Shown: piece after piece, positions 50,075 to 61,387 of the stretch
How the letters are laid out: the number at the start of each line of letters is the position of its first letter
How positions within the stretch are numbered: position 1 is the first letter of the stretch
Source: Chiloscyllium plagiosum
Taxonomy: Eukaryota
Assembly: GCF_004010195.1 (NCBI RefSeq)
Contig: NC_057717.1
Location: forward strand, 106,531,962-106,593,348
Length of the DNA stretch: 61,387 nt
Direction of reading: 5' to 3'
Position numbers and translations under genes: made by a program
The notes under the pieces: model-generated
Databases searched by the model: none
Seen by the model: only the letters and a program-made list of their open reading frames with translations
Told to the model about the DNA's origin: nothing

Positions 50075-50295
50075 ACATCTTTACACAGAGAGTGGTGGGT
50101 GTGTGGAATGCACTGCCAGTGGTGGTAGTAGAATCAGATACATTAGGAACATTTAAGTGACTCTTGGATAGATACGTGGATGATAGCAAAATGAAGGGTA
50201 TGTATGTTAATTTGATCTTAGAGTAGGATAAAAGGTTGGCACAACATCTAGGGCTGAAGGGCCTGTGCTGTACTGTGCTATACTGTTCTATGCTC
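50075..50295 (+). mobile_element. CR1 3' end
   Basis: acacagagagtggtgggtgtgtggaatgcactgcca...gggctgaagggcctgtgctg...ttctatg. Confidence 0.82.
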
Positions 50296-51479
50296 TGTGA
50301 CTCCTTTTTCTTCAAGTGAGGTAGCCTTTACTAAGGAACATAGGGGCTACTTAAATTCTATTGCTGGAAGGTTTAGTTTTCCCTCCAGAGAGTTCAATGA
50401 AAACCAAAGTGTTGGTAAGTAAGATAAGTGTGGGGTATGCTTTGATTCCATTGTACAAAGTTCAATTGGAGAATGAATTGTTGTCAGGACGAGTCACAGT
50501 CAGGTTAGTTTAGAAAAGGACCATGGATAGAGTTGATTTACTCCTGGATAACGATTTGGCAAGAGTGAAATTGAAAGCTTCACCCATAATCACAGAAAGT
50601 CTGAGTAAGACTGAAGAGGTGGAACAGTTGCAAGAACAGATATTTTTCCATCAAGTTCAAACTGTCACTGAATTTTCATTACTTAGTTTGCATTATTTAA
50701 TCAATTTTGCATTAGGAGCTGGAAATACCTGATTGACAGCTTATGTTAAAAGGAAAAGAACAGATCAAACAAGCTTTGTGTCTTTGTGAGACCAGGTCAG
50801 GAGTCTAATTGCAGGCTGAACTTTGATTAAAAAGGGTCTACCAAACACAACAACACCCAGGAAGAGAGCTGTATTTAAACAGATAGTAGAATTGGACTAC
50901 TTACGAGGTCAGTATCTAGGAATTGGTTCTGGCAAGTTCGGAAGAGACTCTATGTTCAAGCATTTGGCAGTTGTTGAATGGTCATTGAGGTGTTGGAAGA
51001 ATCAATCAGACTATCAGGGTGGAACCAGAATTAAAACTGACTTTTTGAATAATGTTTTCTGAGAGATGGTTCTGGGCTGCTGCTGAGACTGGGCTGCTGC
51101 ATGAAGAATTGAAAGCTCCCTGTCTAATCTGTTCCACCAGTTTCTGGAAGCCTGATATTGCTGCCTTTGTCTGGGTGAACTGAAAAGGTGACCCTGATCA
51201 ATGTTTCAGAAAAACAACCAAGGAGTCCACATTTATGCTATGAAACAATGTGGTGTGAAAGTAATCTGGCCAGTTTTGTTATTTTCTGTTATTTATCCCT
51301 CGTTTTGTTTACCTGCTTGTCTGTCTGCCTTTTGTATAAATGAGTCTGAAACAAATATTTCAGATTTACACCCTAATGCATATTTGTCTTGCTGCTAAAT
51401 CTTGAGATCCTTGGCAATGTCTGATCTCTGGACCTGTACATGAACAGTTTCTGAAATAAAATTTGATAACTGCTTGTAA

Positions 51480-51800
51480 TTTTATTCTCTCATGAGAAGT
51501 AGGTATCACTGCCAAGGCCAGCATTTGTTGCCCATCCAAATGAATGCCTTGTGAGGCTATTGCAGAGGGCAGTTAAGAGCCAGCCATAATGCTTTGGATC
51601 TGAAACCGCATAATGGCCAGAATGGGTAAGTGTGACAGATTCCCTTCCATAAAGCACATTCTAAAAACCCAAGTGGTTCACTGCTATCAATGGTAGCTGT
51701 CATGGTCACCGTTACTGAGGCTCACTTTATACTCCAGATTTTTTGGTTGATTTTAAATTCTGTCGGTTGCTGTCAAGCTTGTCCACAAGAACATTAGCCT
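51480..51800 (-). mobile_element. SINE family 2
   Basis: Homologous to 1630-1960. Confidence 0.6.
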
Positions 51801-51815
51801 AAACCTACAAGTTTA

Positions 51816-52140
51816 GGGGCGGCATGGTTGCTCAGTGGTTAACACTGCTGCCTCACAGCACCAGGGACCCAGGTTCGATTCCAGCCTTGGGTGACTATCT
51901 GTGTGCGGTTTGGACATTCTCCCCATGTCTGCGAGGTTTTCCTCCCACAATCCAAAAATGTGCAGGTTAAATGAATTAGCTATGCGAAAATGCACATAGT
52001 GTTCAGGGACGTGTCGGTTAGCTGCATTAGTCAGGGGTAAATATAGAATAATGGGGAATGGGTCTGGGTGGGATACTCTTCAGAAGGTTAATGTGGACTT
52101 GCTGGGCTGAAGGGCCTGTTTCCAAACTGTAGGGATTTTA
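51816..52140 (+). mobile_element. HE1-like V-SINE
   Basis: A/B boxes, V-domain and gggctgaagggcctgtttcc tail. Confidence 0.9.
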
Positions 52141-55100
52141 TTATTCCAAAGCACAGACATTAATCAGCTTACAGTGTTGTTTATTTTCTTCTCTCTGCTA
52201 ATGTTATTTTCTATTTAATAAATTAAGCCATTTGTTGAAGATAAAAACCAACGTCTGGGAATTTATCATTCACAAAGTCTGGTATTGGATATTTAAAAGT
52301 CTGGTTACAAACTGTTGGAGTGACTATTTGGGGCCTTCAATGGTTTAGTTTTACAGTGTTACAACAACAAAGGTGGAAAGACTGATTTTGTTTGGCTGCC
52401 TATCACAGCATCATAACAATGTACAGTAACCAGGACAATGGCTAAACAAGGGCCATCACCAGAGACCACACCAATACCACAAGCAGGTATTAGAGTATCT
52501 GAATCTCTGTTTCAGATAATTCAAAGGATGTGTTTGACATGTGTGTTAATTGAGGTTCAGGAATCAGATCCAGAGTTAAATAGGTGAACACAGCAGGCTC
52601 ACATTGAAGCTGAGGAAGAAGGTGTTCCAGAGTTATTTGAAACAGAATTTGGATGAGGAGGCGGAGACATGTATGGCTGTTCATCAAATGGTGGTACCAT
52701 TGAGATATCAAAGGAGATATTGTGAATAATTGATGAAAACTCTACAGTAGAGTGAATGGGAATATGGGAAACATCGACATCAATGAACAGGTATTTTACG
52801 TACCAAGACTTCATAAAGATGCAGTACAATTTTGTAAAACATGTCACACATATCAGGTCATAGGAAAACCTAATGAAACAACTATCTTTGATACCCAAAC
52901 CCGTTTTTGACAATCATTCAGTTGCGTGTTAGAGAATTGTGAAGAACCACTCCCAAAATCAAAAGCTAGGCGTCAGTGTGTTTGAACATGTTAGGACATT
53001 TAGGTGACTGTTGTAGTTGGGGCTTCAACCCAGGCCTCCTGACGCAGAGCAATGAATATGAAAGGCTGATTCCTTTCAGGTCAATTACAGTTAAACTAGT
53101 GGTGGAAAGATTAATACAGTTTTTAACTCATTTCAGACTACCAATGGAGTTTGAACTTTATCTCTGAGGATCTCCAGAACATTATTAACTGTTTGAGTAT
53201 CAAACACAAATGAAGTCAATTTCATGTCATTCACAAACACAGAGATATTTGGAGAGATATCATCAGAGTCTCTAAATCATGATTAAGGAACACTGTTACA
53301 GATACTCACAGGTTTGGGATAAAGAATTAGATCTCTTAATGTTTGCTACCAGAGATTTCCCAAATTGATCTGATTTGACCAAATATATGTCCAACTTGGT
53401 TAGAATGGAAACAATTCAGATGTGAAGATCTCGCTCAATCCTGGGACAACTGGAGATTTGCAGTTAGCTTTAAAGGAGAGTAAATGGAGTTGATATCATA
53501 ACCTGCAGCTCATTTGAAATAATTAAGACAATTAAAGAATAACTAGAGCAGGCTCCAGGCTGTCTGGAATGTCTGACAGAATGAAACGATTGAAGATTTC
53601 TCCTGCTGGAGTCTGATTCACAGCCAGATGTTTAAATACAATGACCAATAGCCAGTTCCATCACCAATTCAGAAACTCTTCTTTATCTCAGTTCACTGAC
53701 CCGCAAATAGAGTAACAAGACTGAGGGAGAATATTTATCATGGGCAGAAGGGTTTGTGGATGCAGGGAGTTTTAATTATAAAACAGTTCAAAATCGTTAA
53801 CGCCATCGCGATCGATTCTGTGACATCACATTGAACCTTTTAACTTGCAGCACAAAGATGATCATAACCGCAGCTGCCAAAAAACAGAATCCAGAAATTA
53901 GACTCTGTGGGTGCTTAACAACTCCTCAGTATGGAGAGGGCACAGGGAGCGGGGGTTATCACAATCATTCACCCATTTGTATGGCTGCAGAACTGGAACC
54001 CACTGCTGTTCCCAGAGCCTGGAAAACAGGCACTGCAAACAATTTTGAGATACATATTTCTCATCAACAATGTTTCCTAGTTATGATCATTTTTGCATAG
54101 ACCCTGTCTTACTGGCTAAAAATTTGAGATATTGAACTAATTTACAAATAAACTTCTATTTTCAATTGAATTGAAACATCTCTACTGAAAATATCTAAGC
54201 GACAAATCATATCCTGGCCTTTCAACGGTCAGTGACTGATCAGTCGAGCTGTTTGCCCAGAGCAAATCCCAAACTTGCTCTAAGAATAGATCGACATGTC
54301 TATCAGATAGTGCTATCTAATGATGTATGGCTAACAGCCTGAGGCTCCTATCGGACATCATCAGCACTAGGTCAGCAGGAGGGCTGCAGAAGGCAGTGGG
54401 GGTGGGGGGGGGAGGGTGAATCATACGTGGTTGGGTTGTAGCCAGTTCTCATCAGGAAAAATAAATAAATCTCAGTACTCAACTCCAAGGGATCAGGGCG
54501 TGTTAATGGAAGTAGCAGATCAGTTTGTTGTGTGTTAATGACAGAGAGAGGCTAGACTGCATTCAGTAAAGTGTAAAACCATCAATGATCATTAAGGTAC
54601 TGATAGGATCTAAGGGTAGTGAACTGCCCAGTGTGTGGAGGCTGGAAGCATTCATTACTAAGCATTGTTTCAATTATTGTGAGAATTCACATTCAGAAAC
54701 AGAATAATAAACCAGAAGGAACTCGACATGAAGAAAGCACAAACTATGCTCACTATTGGCCCTTTACCATTAACTATGGAACAGATCTGTGACAGGGTGA
54801 CCCTGTCATGGTGACTGGCCACACATGGCTTCATGTCTGTGAGTGCCAACAGGCCCCTAGCATCACAAATAGACACTGGATGAGATAGTTCCAAAATATA
54901 ACTACAGATCACTAACAACTGTCTTCAAACCACTTGAGCCCAACAAACAAGACGCAATAACATAACTTATGTAAAAGAAAAATATCGCACGTGTTGGAAA
55001 TCTGAAACAAACACAGGGAATGCTGGAGAAACTCAGAAGGACTGGTAGCATCTGTGGAGCAAAAGAAACAGTTAACTCTTCTTCAGAACATACTTGATAG

Positions 55101-55254
55101 TTAACTTTGAATATCTCAAAATTATCAATTCAACAACTTTCAGGGGCAATCATCAGTAACGATGGGAAACAGGGTTGATTTAATTGATTCGTCTGCTGCC
55201 TCTCTAGCAGGTGCAACCCTTTGGTGCTCAGTGTGTCTTCTGATTTTGGAAAGT

Positions 55255-55694
55255 TGTGAGTGTGGAAAATGTGTCTAAGTGTTGCTTCTGCAGAAGTCAG
55301 GTACTCAGAAGTCAGGTACTCAGAAGTCAGGTACTCAGAAGTCAGGTACTCAGAAGTCATAAAGACTCAGTGTGCAGAAGTGATAAAACCCAGTGTTGCG
55401 TCAACAAAGGTAATGAGACTCAGCTATCAAGGGGGTTGCACGCTAACAACAGGCCACAGACAGATATGGTAAGCCGATTAGATTAGCAGCTGCACAGAGC
55501 AATACAACTGTCACATATGAGGTAAAAGGGGAGGTACAGAGAGGCTCATAGAAAACTCTATAAATGTGCAATAATATTATTCAGAAGTGTGCCTACTTTC
55601 TGGTCACTCGGGCTTGCAAGAATGTATGAATAAAGACTGTTTTTGGAATTTGACTCGGACTAAAATTATTTGGCAGTGAGCTTCATTTCTCACA
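55255..55694 (+). mobile_element. Putative solo LTR (~440 bp)
   Basis: tgtgag...ctcaca terminal inverted hexamers; tataaa at 55559; aataaa at 55629; 15-bp tandem repeats in the U3-like part; TSD not clean. Confidence 0.55.
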
Positions 55695-55699
55695 TGAGT

Positions 55700-56085
55700 T
55701 CTTCATTTCTCTAAGAAACTGAGGAAGTTGGAATTGTTCTCCTTCGAGAGAAAATGGCTGAGAGGAGATCTGATGGATAGAATAGCTAGGGAGAAATTGT
55801 TCCTGCTGGTAAAAGGAATAGTACAAGAGGACCAAAGAAGCAAGGGTGTTGTGAGCAAAAAATGTTTTCGCACAGTGAGTAGGATATCCAACCTTGAAAT
55901 ATGCTGGACGCAGGTTCAACTAAAGCATTCAAGAGGGCATTGGATGATGAACTGGATAGAAATGGAGAGCAAGGGTTCGGGGAAGCAGGGGATTGGTACT
56001 GGGTAGTGATGTTTGAACAACAAGTGCAATCACAATCAGCCAAACGGCCTCTTTCCACACCATAACAATTCTGTGATTCTGTGAA
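55700..56085 (+). mobile_element. Old CR1 3' end
   Basis: LELFSFERKWLRGDL; (attctgtg)2 tail. Confidence 0.7.
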
Positions 56086-56944
56086 GAGAATAATTTCTCT
56101 GAGGACTTCATACATGACCTCAACTCAATTTCTTGATTCTTCATCAGAGTGAATAGTTACCCTGTGTTTATCCAATGGAATCCTTTTGTCAATTCTAACT
56201 GTGGTGACCAAGTCTTATGTGATATCGTTTGGAAATGATCCAGTTAAAGGAATAAATATAGTCCTCAGGCTCCAGCTCAGAGCAGAGTTCAGAACACACT
56301 GTGCAACGTAACTTAATGAGGATGGGAATTTACCCTACTGCCCCACATTTACACAGAATTTAGCAAGTGATTTGGAAGCACTCTATTAAGCAGCTGTCTC
56401 AGTAATACTTCATCCTTCACTCCAACATTGAGTCATTGCTCCTCTCATGTAATAGACACAGATGGAAGGATGGTAAACTGCACTAGGGTCTAATTCACAC
56501 AAATGCCTCATTGTTGCCATTATGAGTTGGGTAGCCATTTGAGATGAATTCTGTCATCTATCCACAGTTAAAGGGAAAAACAGCTGTTAGTGTTTCAGAC
56601 AAGAAAATAAATTTGGGGAGAATATGTTTTCGGTCCTCGGAAGTTTAACTTGGCAATGTCCCATTTCTTTGTACTTTGAGTTACTCAGCACTGCCTGGGA
56701 ATGTTAACTCAGTGACAACTGATAAGCAAAGGCAAATGAGCATTTTCTAAAATAAATTGGTCTCCATTTGAACCGGTAGTGGAAAGCCATGCAAATGACT
56801 GAAAACATACACATCCTGGCCACTGGATAACTCTCGTCCAATGTGAACAGTTAAATCCACCACCCGCCATAGACCTGGAAATAGTAGGGCTAATGGAAGT
56901 CACTCAGTATTACCAGAGTCAACATTGGACTTCAGTTTCGTTTC

Positions 56945-57090
56945 TTATTCATTCACAGCATGAGGGCGTTGCCCGCTAGGTCAGTATTTATTGCCCAACC
57001 CTAATTGCCTAGAGGACAGTTAGAGTCAACCACATTGCTGTGGGTCAGGAGTCACATGTAGGTCAGACCAGGTAAGGATGGCAGTTTCCT
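56945..57090 (-). mobile_element. SINE family 2, 3' part, interrupted by Penelope
   Basis: gagtcaaccacattgctgtgggtcaggagtcacatgtagg. Confidence 0.7.
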
Positions 57091-58285
57091 GGTTGTAAGT
57101 TTGCTCACTGAGCTGGAAGGTTCATTTTCAGACATTTTGTCATCATACTAGGGAACATCATCACTGAACTTCCAGTGAAGCACTGCTGGTATGGCCCGCT
57201 TTTTATTTATGTGTTTAGGTTTCCTTGGGTCGGTGGTGTCATTTGCTCTGGTGATGTCATTTCCTTCTTTCTTTCTCAGGGGATGGTAGATGGGGTCCAG
57301 GTCAATGTGTTTGTTGATGGAGTTCCAGTTGGAATGCCATGCTTCTAGGAATTCTCATGCGTGTCTCTATTTTGCTTGTCCTAGGACGGATGTGTTGTCC
57401 CAGTCAAAGTGGTGTCCTTCCTCATCTGAATGTAAGGACAGTAGTGAGAGTGGGTCATGTCTTTTTGTGGCTAGTTGATGTTCATGTATCCTGGTGGCTA
57501 GTTTTCTGCTGGTTTGTCCAATGTAGTTTGTTACAGTTAAATCCACCACCCGCCATAGACCTGGAAATAGTAGGGCTAATGGAAGTCACTCAGTATTACC
57601 AGAGTCAACATTGGACTTCAGTTTCGTTACAGTTTGTTACAGTTCTTGCAAGACATTTTGTAAGTTACTTTAGTTTTGCTTGTTGTCTGTATGGGGCCTT
57701 TCAAGTTCATTAGTGTGTTAGTGGGTTTATGGGCTACCATGATGCCAAGGGGTCTGAGTAGTCTGGCAGTCATTCCCGAGATGTCCTTGATGTAGGGGAG
57801 AGTGGTTCGGGTTTCTGGACGGGTTTTGTCTGCTTGTGTTGGTTGGTTCCTCAGAAATCAGTGGACTATGTTCATTAGGAACCCGTTCTTTTTGAATACA
57901 CAGTATCGGTGATTTTTCTCTGCTCTTCGTCGATCATCTGTGTTGCAGTGTGTGGTGGTTCATTGATATAATGTTCTAATGCAGCCTAATTTGTGAGTGT
58001 TGGAATGATTGCTTCTGTAGTCCAGTGTTTAGTCCGTATGTGTTGTTCTCCTGTAGATGCTGGTTTGAAGTTTCCCCCATTGGCTGTTCACTCTGTGACA
58101 TCGAAGAATGGCAGTTTTTTGTTGAGTTCCTCTTTTGTGAATTTTATGTCAGGAGGGGTATTATTGATGGTCTTGAAGGTTTCCTCTAATTTGTTTCATA
58201 TAGTGATGACAAAGGTGTCATCCATGTAGTGGACCCTAAGTTTGGGTTGGATGGTTGGCAGAGCTGTTTGTTTGAGTCTCTGCTA
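57091..58285 (-). mobile_element. Penelope-like element family C (Poseidon-like): RT C-terminus + GIY-YIG + terminal repeat
   Basis: HYMDDTFVI (58203-58232); YIGQTSRKLATRIHEHQLATKRHDPLS...HHFDWDNTSVL; degenerate hammerhead at ~57128-57167. Confidence 0.9.
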
Positions 58286-58837
58286 AGAACCCTAGCCATT
58301 TGGACTGCAAGCATTCAGTTCAAACTCCACCATGGCAACCATTGCTGCCTCAGAGTTCATGACCCCAAAATCTTATCTCACACCCCACTTTGGGGAAAAA
58401 GGAGACTGTGGTGTCACAGCCTACATTTTAGGAAGCCGTGCTTTAGACTATCTCCAGTTCCCGAAATGACTGTGTACAGAAGGTCACCACCAATGTAGGA
58501 AAAAGTTAAAGTTCAGAACAGATTTGCTGTGTGAATAACCCAGGAAATTTGAACTGTCTTTCTGCCATGTGAATTGTCCAGTTTACATTGGGACTGTGCA
58601 AACCTCCAGAATGTTCTATGTGTATGTTTTGTTTAAGTGCACTTTTGATGTCACAAGTTTCAGATTCCAGCATGTGATGACAGAGAGGCTCTGAAGCCAA
58701 GAAAGGACAGACAGACAGACAGACGTCTCCCCTCCAGAATGTGATGACAGACTAATTGCACAATTGTCAGGGAGAACAATGGCAGGGATTAGACAGCGAG
58801 TTACTGAACCCCTCTGTCAGGGAGAGTATGTGGGCAC

Positions 58838-59105
58838 TCTTCCCACCCTCTCCTCTCATTTCATTCTTTCCTGCTCCCTAACTTCTCCCCTCACTCCGTC
58901 ATGTCCCCTCACCCCCTCCTCCAGTCCCCTCTCATCCTCACAGCCCCTCACCCCCTCATCTGCCCTCAACCCCTCTCTCCTTTCTGCTCCTGACTCTTCA
59001 CCTGTCCAGTCATCCCCTTCTATCCCCTCACCTTCACATCGCTCCTCTCCCACCCCTCTTCCCTCACCGTCTCTTTTCTAATTTCTCTGCCTCCTACTTC
59101 TCGTT
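58838..59105. repeat. Pyrimidine-rich (C/T) low-complexity tract
   Basis: Repeated cccctca/ccctct motifs with strong strand asymmetry. Confidence 0.8.
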
Positions 59106-60629
59106 TCTGATGTTTATTGGTCACAGCTAATTCACTGTCCAACCTTCTTTGAAGTGTAAGGTTGTTTCCTTTGAGATGAACATTTTTATTTCCATTGGCC
59201 TCCTCTGGAGATACCCAGCCAATCCCAGACTGAAACATATGAGGGTGCTACAGTTGGACCTTCTGATCCCACAGTTTGAGAAAGACCATGTAATGTATTC
59301 CATAGTCTCACTGTCACAGGAAGAACATCCTCATCCCTCTGCTCCCCCACAGCCAGGAGACTTGACCCGAAAGGATGATCAGCTCTTTCTGAGCCCCACT
59401 CCCACCGGAGCATGGAACCCAATGATCACTTCCCCTACACCAGCACCTCCTCAAACTCACCTGGCTTTTCTGAGTTTGTAAAACCTGCCTTGCCTCTACT
59501 TCCTGATGTTAACACAACTGCTGTCATTTGTCTTTTGGCTTCCCCATGGTGCCTTCCAGTTTGTTGTTGAAGTATTTCAGTAAATGGGGCAGAAAGGAGT
59601 TGAATGGACAGAAATTCTCCACATTTTTTTCTTTCATCTTATTCAGAGTAAGGGTCATGTTGCTGACCCGACCCCAGCTGCATGAACACGGGGCCCACAT
59701 TTACAACTCCAGGAGAGCCTGCAGAGCAGGGAACAGCTAAACAGTGAACTGTTCTTATTCAGCCTGTCAGACAGGTCAGAAAGAATTGTTTAATATCTGG
59801 TTTCCTGCTCCACAGGCAGGGAAATGTCCTTTCTGGAAACAGTGTGGATTTATTAGGAATGAGTGAAATAGGCCTCCATCCTGACCTCAGGGAATTATGG
59901 AATGGAAGCAGAGGCCCTGTCTACCCCTTCAGGAATATCAGCCAGGAATGCATGAAATCAGCGTCCGGATCAATCATGGGAAGAGTGCCAAGGGGGAGTA
60001 CTTACTTTCCGGTTGCTAGTTTGGGAATGTGGTCATGGGAATGCAGCTGTAGAGTGCAGAGTACTTATCCCCGGTCGGTACACTGCCTCACCATGACTGT
60101 TCACTCTGACAACCCCCAATATTTAACCCTGTTTACAGGAGCTGACACTTGGAATAAACAAGAATCAGACTTGGACTGGTTCCGTTTTTAATTTGAATGC
60201 TTGGAAATATAATTTATTGACTGGAAAAACAAAGCACACATTTGGATTGTTTGTGGCTGCATTTATGGTTGATGAAAGCAGTTGGCTGTTTATTTTCAGC
60301 TCCACAGAGAAACGCATCACTGTACTCATGCTCTCCCTTACTCCTGCTCAGCCTAAGCAAGAATTGAGCTGCATACTGCCACTGATTCCATTGCTCACAC
60401 TTTTCTAAATAAAATACACAGGCAGGGAACTTTGGCATGGGATTGGAAGGGCTGAGCTGGGACAGCTTCTGGCTCTAAAAAGTTGGGTGGGAAGCTCCGG
60501 ATTTTCACTGAGGGGTGGCAGGGCTCCCTGGAAGGCGGCCTATGCATGGGCCTTCATAACCTCCAGGGCAAAGTAGTGCCAATTCATCTCCCACCCCCTC
60601 ACCCACCACCCTTGGTCCTTTCATAGTGC

Positions 60630-60780
60630 CCTTCAGGGAGGGAAGTCCATCTTCCTTACCTGGTCTGGCTACATGTGCAGACAGCCATCTGGTTGATTTT
60701 CAGCTGATGTCTGGGCTATTAGGGGTGAGTGATAAATACTGGCCTAGCCAGAGACACCTATATCCCAGGCAAGAATAGAG
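60630..60780 (+). mobile_element. SINE family 2, 3' part
   Basis: ccttacctggtctggctacatgtg...ataaatactggcctagccag. Confidence 0.65.
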
Positions 60781-61387
60781 AAAGACCGACAATGGGCAAA
60801 TCTTAGGACCCAAACACAGGTAAGTCAGAATTTTAAAAACCTCCTAGATGTCCAATTCTGTTTTCGCTATATTGGGAAAACAGGATAATCTATAAAAATC
60901 CATTAACTCCATTTAATTACCTTTAATGAAATAAAGCCTTACCAAAACAAACAATACCTTAAAACAACAAGTAGTGGAACGTCGGGCCCCGGACCAATGA
61001 GTGCACAATTAAACTGAAATTGTGATCGCCTACAGTAGGAATGAATGCTTCTAAAATCAGACAGGCAGCAAAATTCTAGTAAGGAATTTCTCAGAATAAT
61101 GTCAATAGGCAAAGGGAAATAGCTGACAATCACTGCTGTAATACTCCAGGCATTTTTGCAAAGATTTAAAGTGCAGGATTTCTAAATACACTGACAAACT
61201 GACAGTTCCCTTTCAGCGATGGTTCTGATCATTGCGATGGGGCTGTGTTTGCAGATACCAGCAGATAGGCATTGTATTAACAGGGAGGGAATGCCCCCAC
61301 CGAAAGCCTCACCACCCCCCATATCCCCATTCCCCAAACCTTCACTATCCCCCATCCCCACCTTCACCCAACCCACCCTTACTCCCC

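Larger units (their letters stand above)
50658..52418 (+). mobile_element. Probable solo-LTR-like insertion carrying nested SINEs
   Basis: Interrupts the pol motif; aataaa at ~52217; ends cataaca; no clean TSD seen. Confidence 0.4.
50316..53370 (+). mobile_element. Gmr1-like Gypsy LTR-retrotransposon pol remnant (protease then integrase), split by an insertion at ~50658-52418
   Basis: IPLYKVQLE...VDLLLDNDLA (protease C-terminus); CTVTRTMAK; HQMVVP...LHKDAVQFCKTCH.YQVIGKP; PLPKSK; ITVKLVVERLIQFLTHFRLP (integrase). Confidence 0.72.

Noticed and set aside
58745..58785. Paired SOX-like motifs (acaattgt, aacaatgg) as an enhancer
   Set aside because: Short motifs are expected by chance; conservation data would be needed.
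58764..59081. Ser/Pro-rich ORF and its antisense Glu/Gly-rich ORF
   Set aside because: Explained by the pyrimidine low-complexity tract.
60420..60610. Possible DNA-transposon MITE remnants (also ~7900-8400 and ~36020-36400)
   Set aside because: No matching terminal inverted repeats or TSDs could be delimited.

Overview
Repeat-dense, non-genic (intergenic or intronic) vertebrate DNA. The repeat families present (HE1-type V-SINEs, DeuSINE remnants, CR1, Rex1/Babar, RTE, L1, Penelope) point to a cartilaginous fish, probably a bamboo-type shark; this is inference from recalled consensus sequences. I found no recognisable host protein-coding gene: every ORF I could assign is a decayed retroelement fragment, a tandem-repeat read-through, or spans the 500-N gap (24176-24675). 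Main contents: a full-length but dead L1 (16808-23768) with its target-site duplication (TSD) at a TT/AAAA site; many CR1-superclade fragments; a Rex1/Babar copy; an RTE fragment; a Gmr1-like LTR-retrotransposon remnant; five HE1-like SINEs; several ~33-bp minisatellites; and about 15 Penelope-like element (PLE) insertions. The most interesting signal is in the PLE termini. They carry three distinct families of minimal type-I hammerhead ribozyme cores, whose loopless helix III is an ACGT or AGCT palindrome. The PLE insertions also share one junction pattern: 13-18 bp TSD, a complete inverted tail at one end and a microhomology-truncated other end. Two local template-switch rearrangements are also visible. 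Family names come from motif recognition, not database searches, and boundaries of old fragments are approximate.
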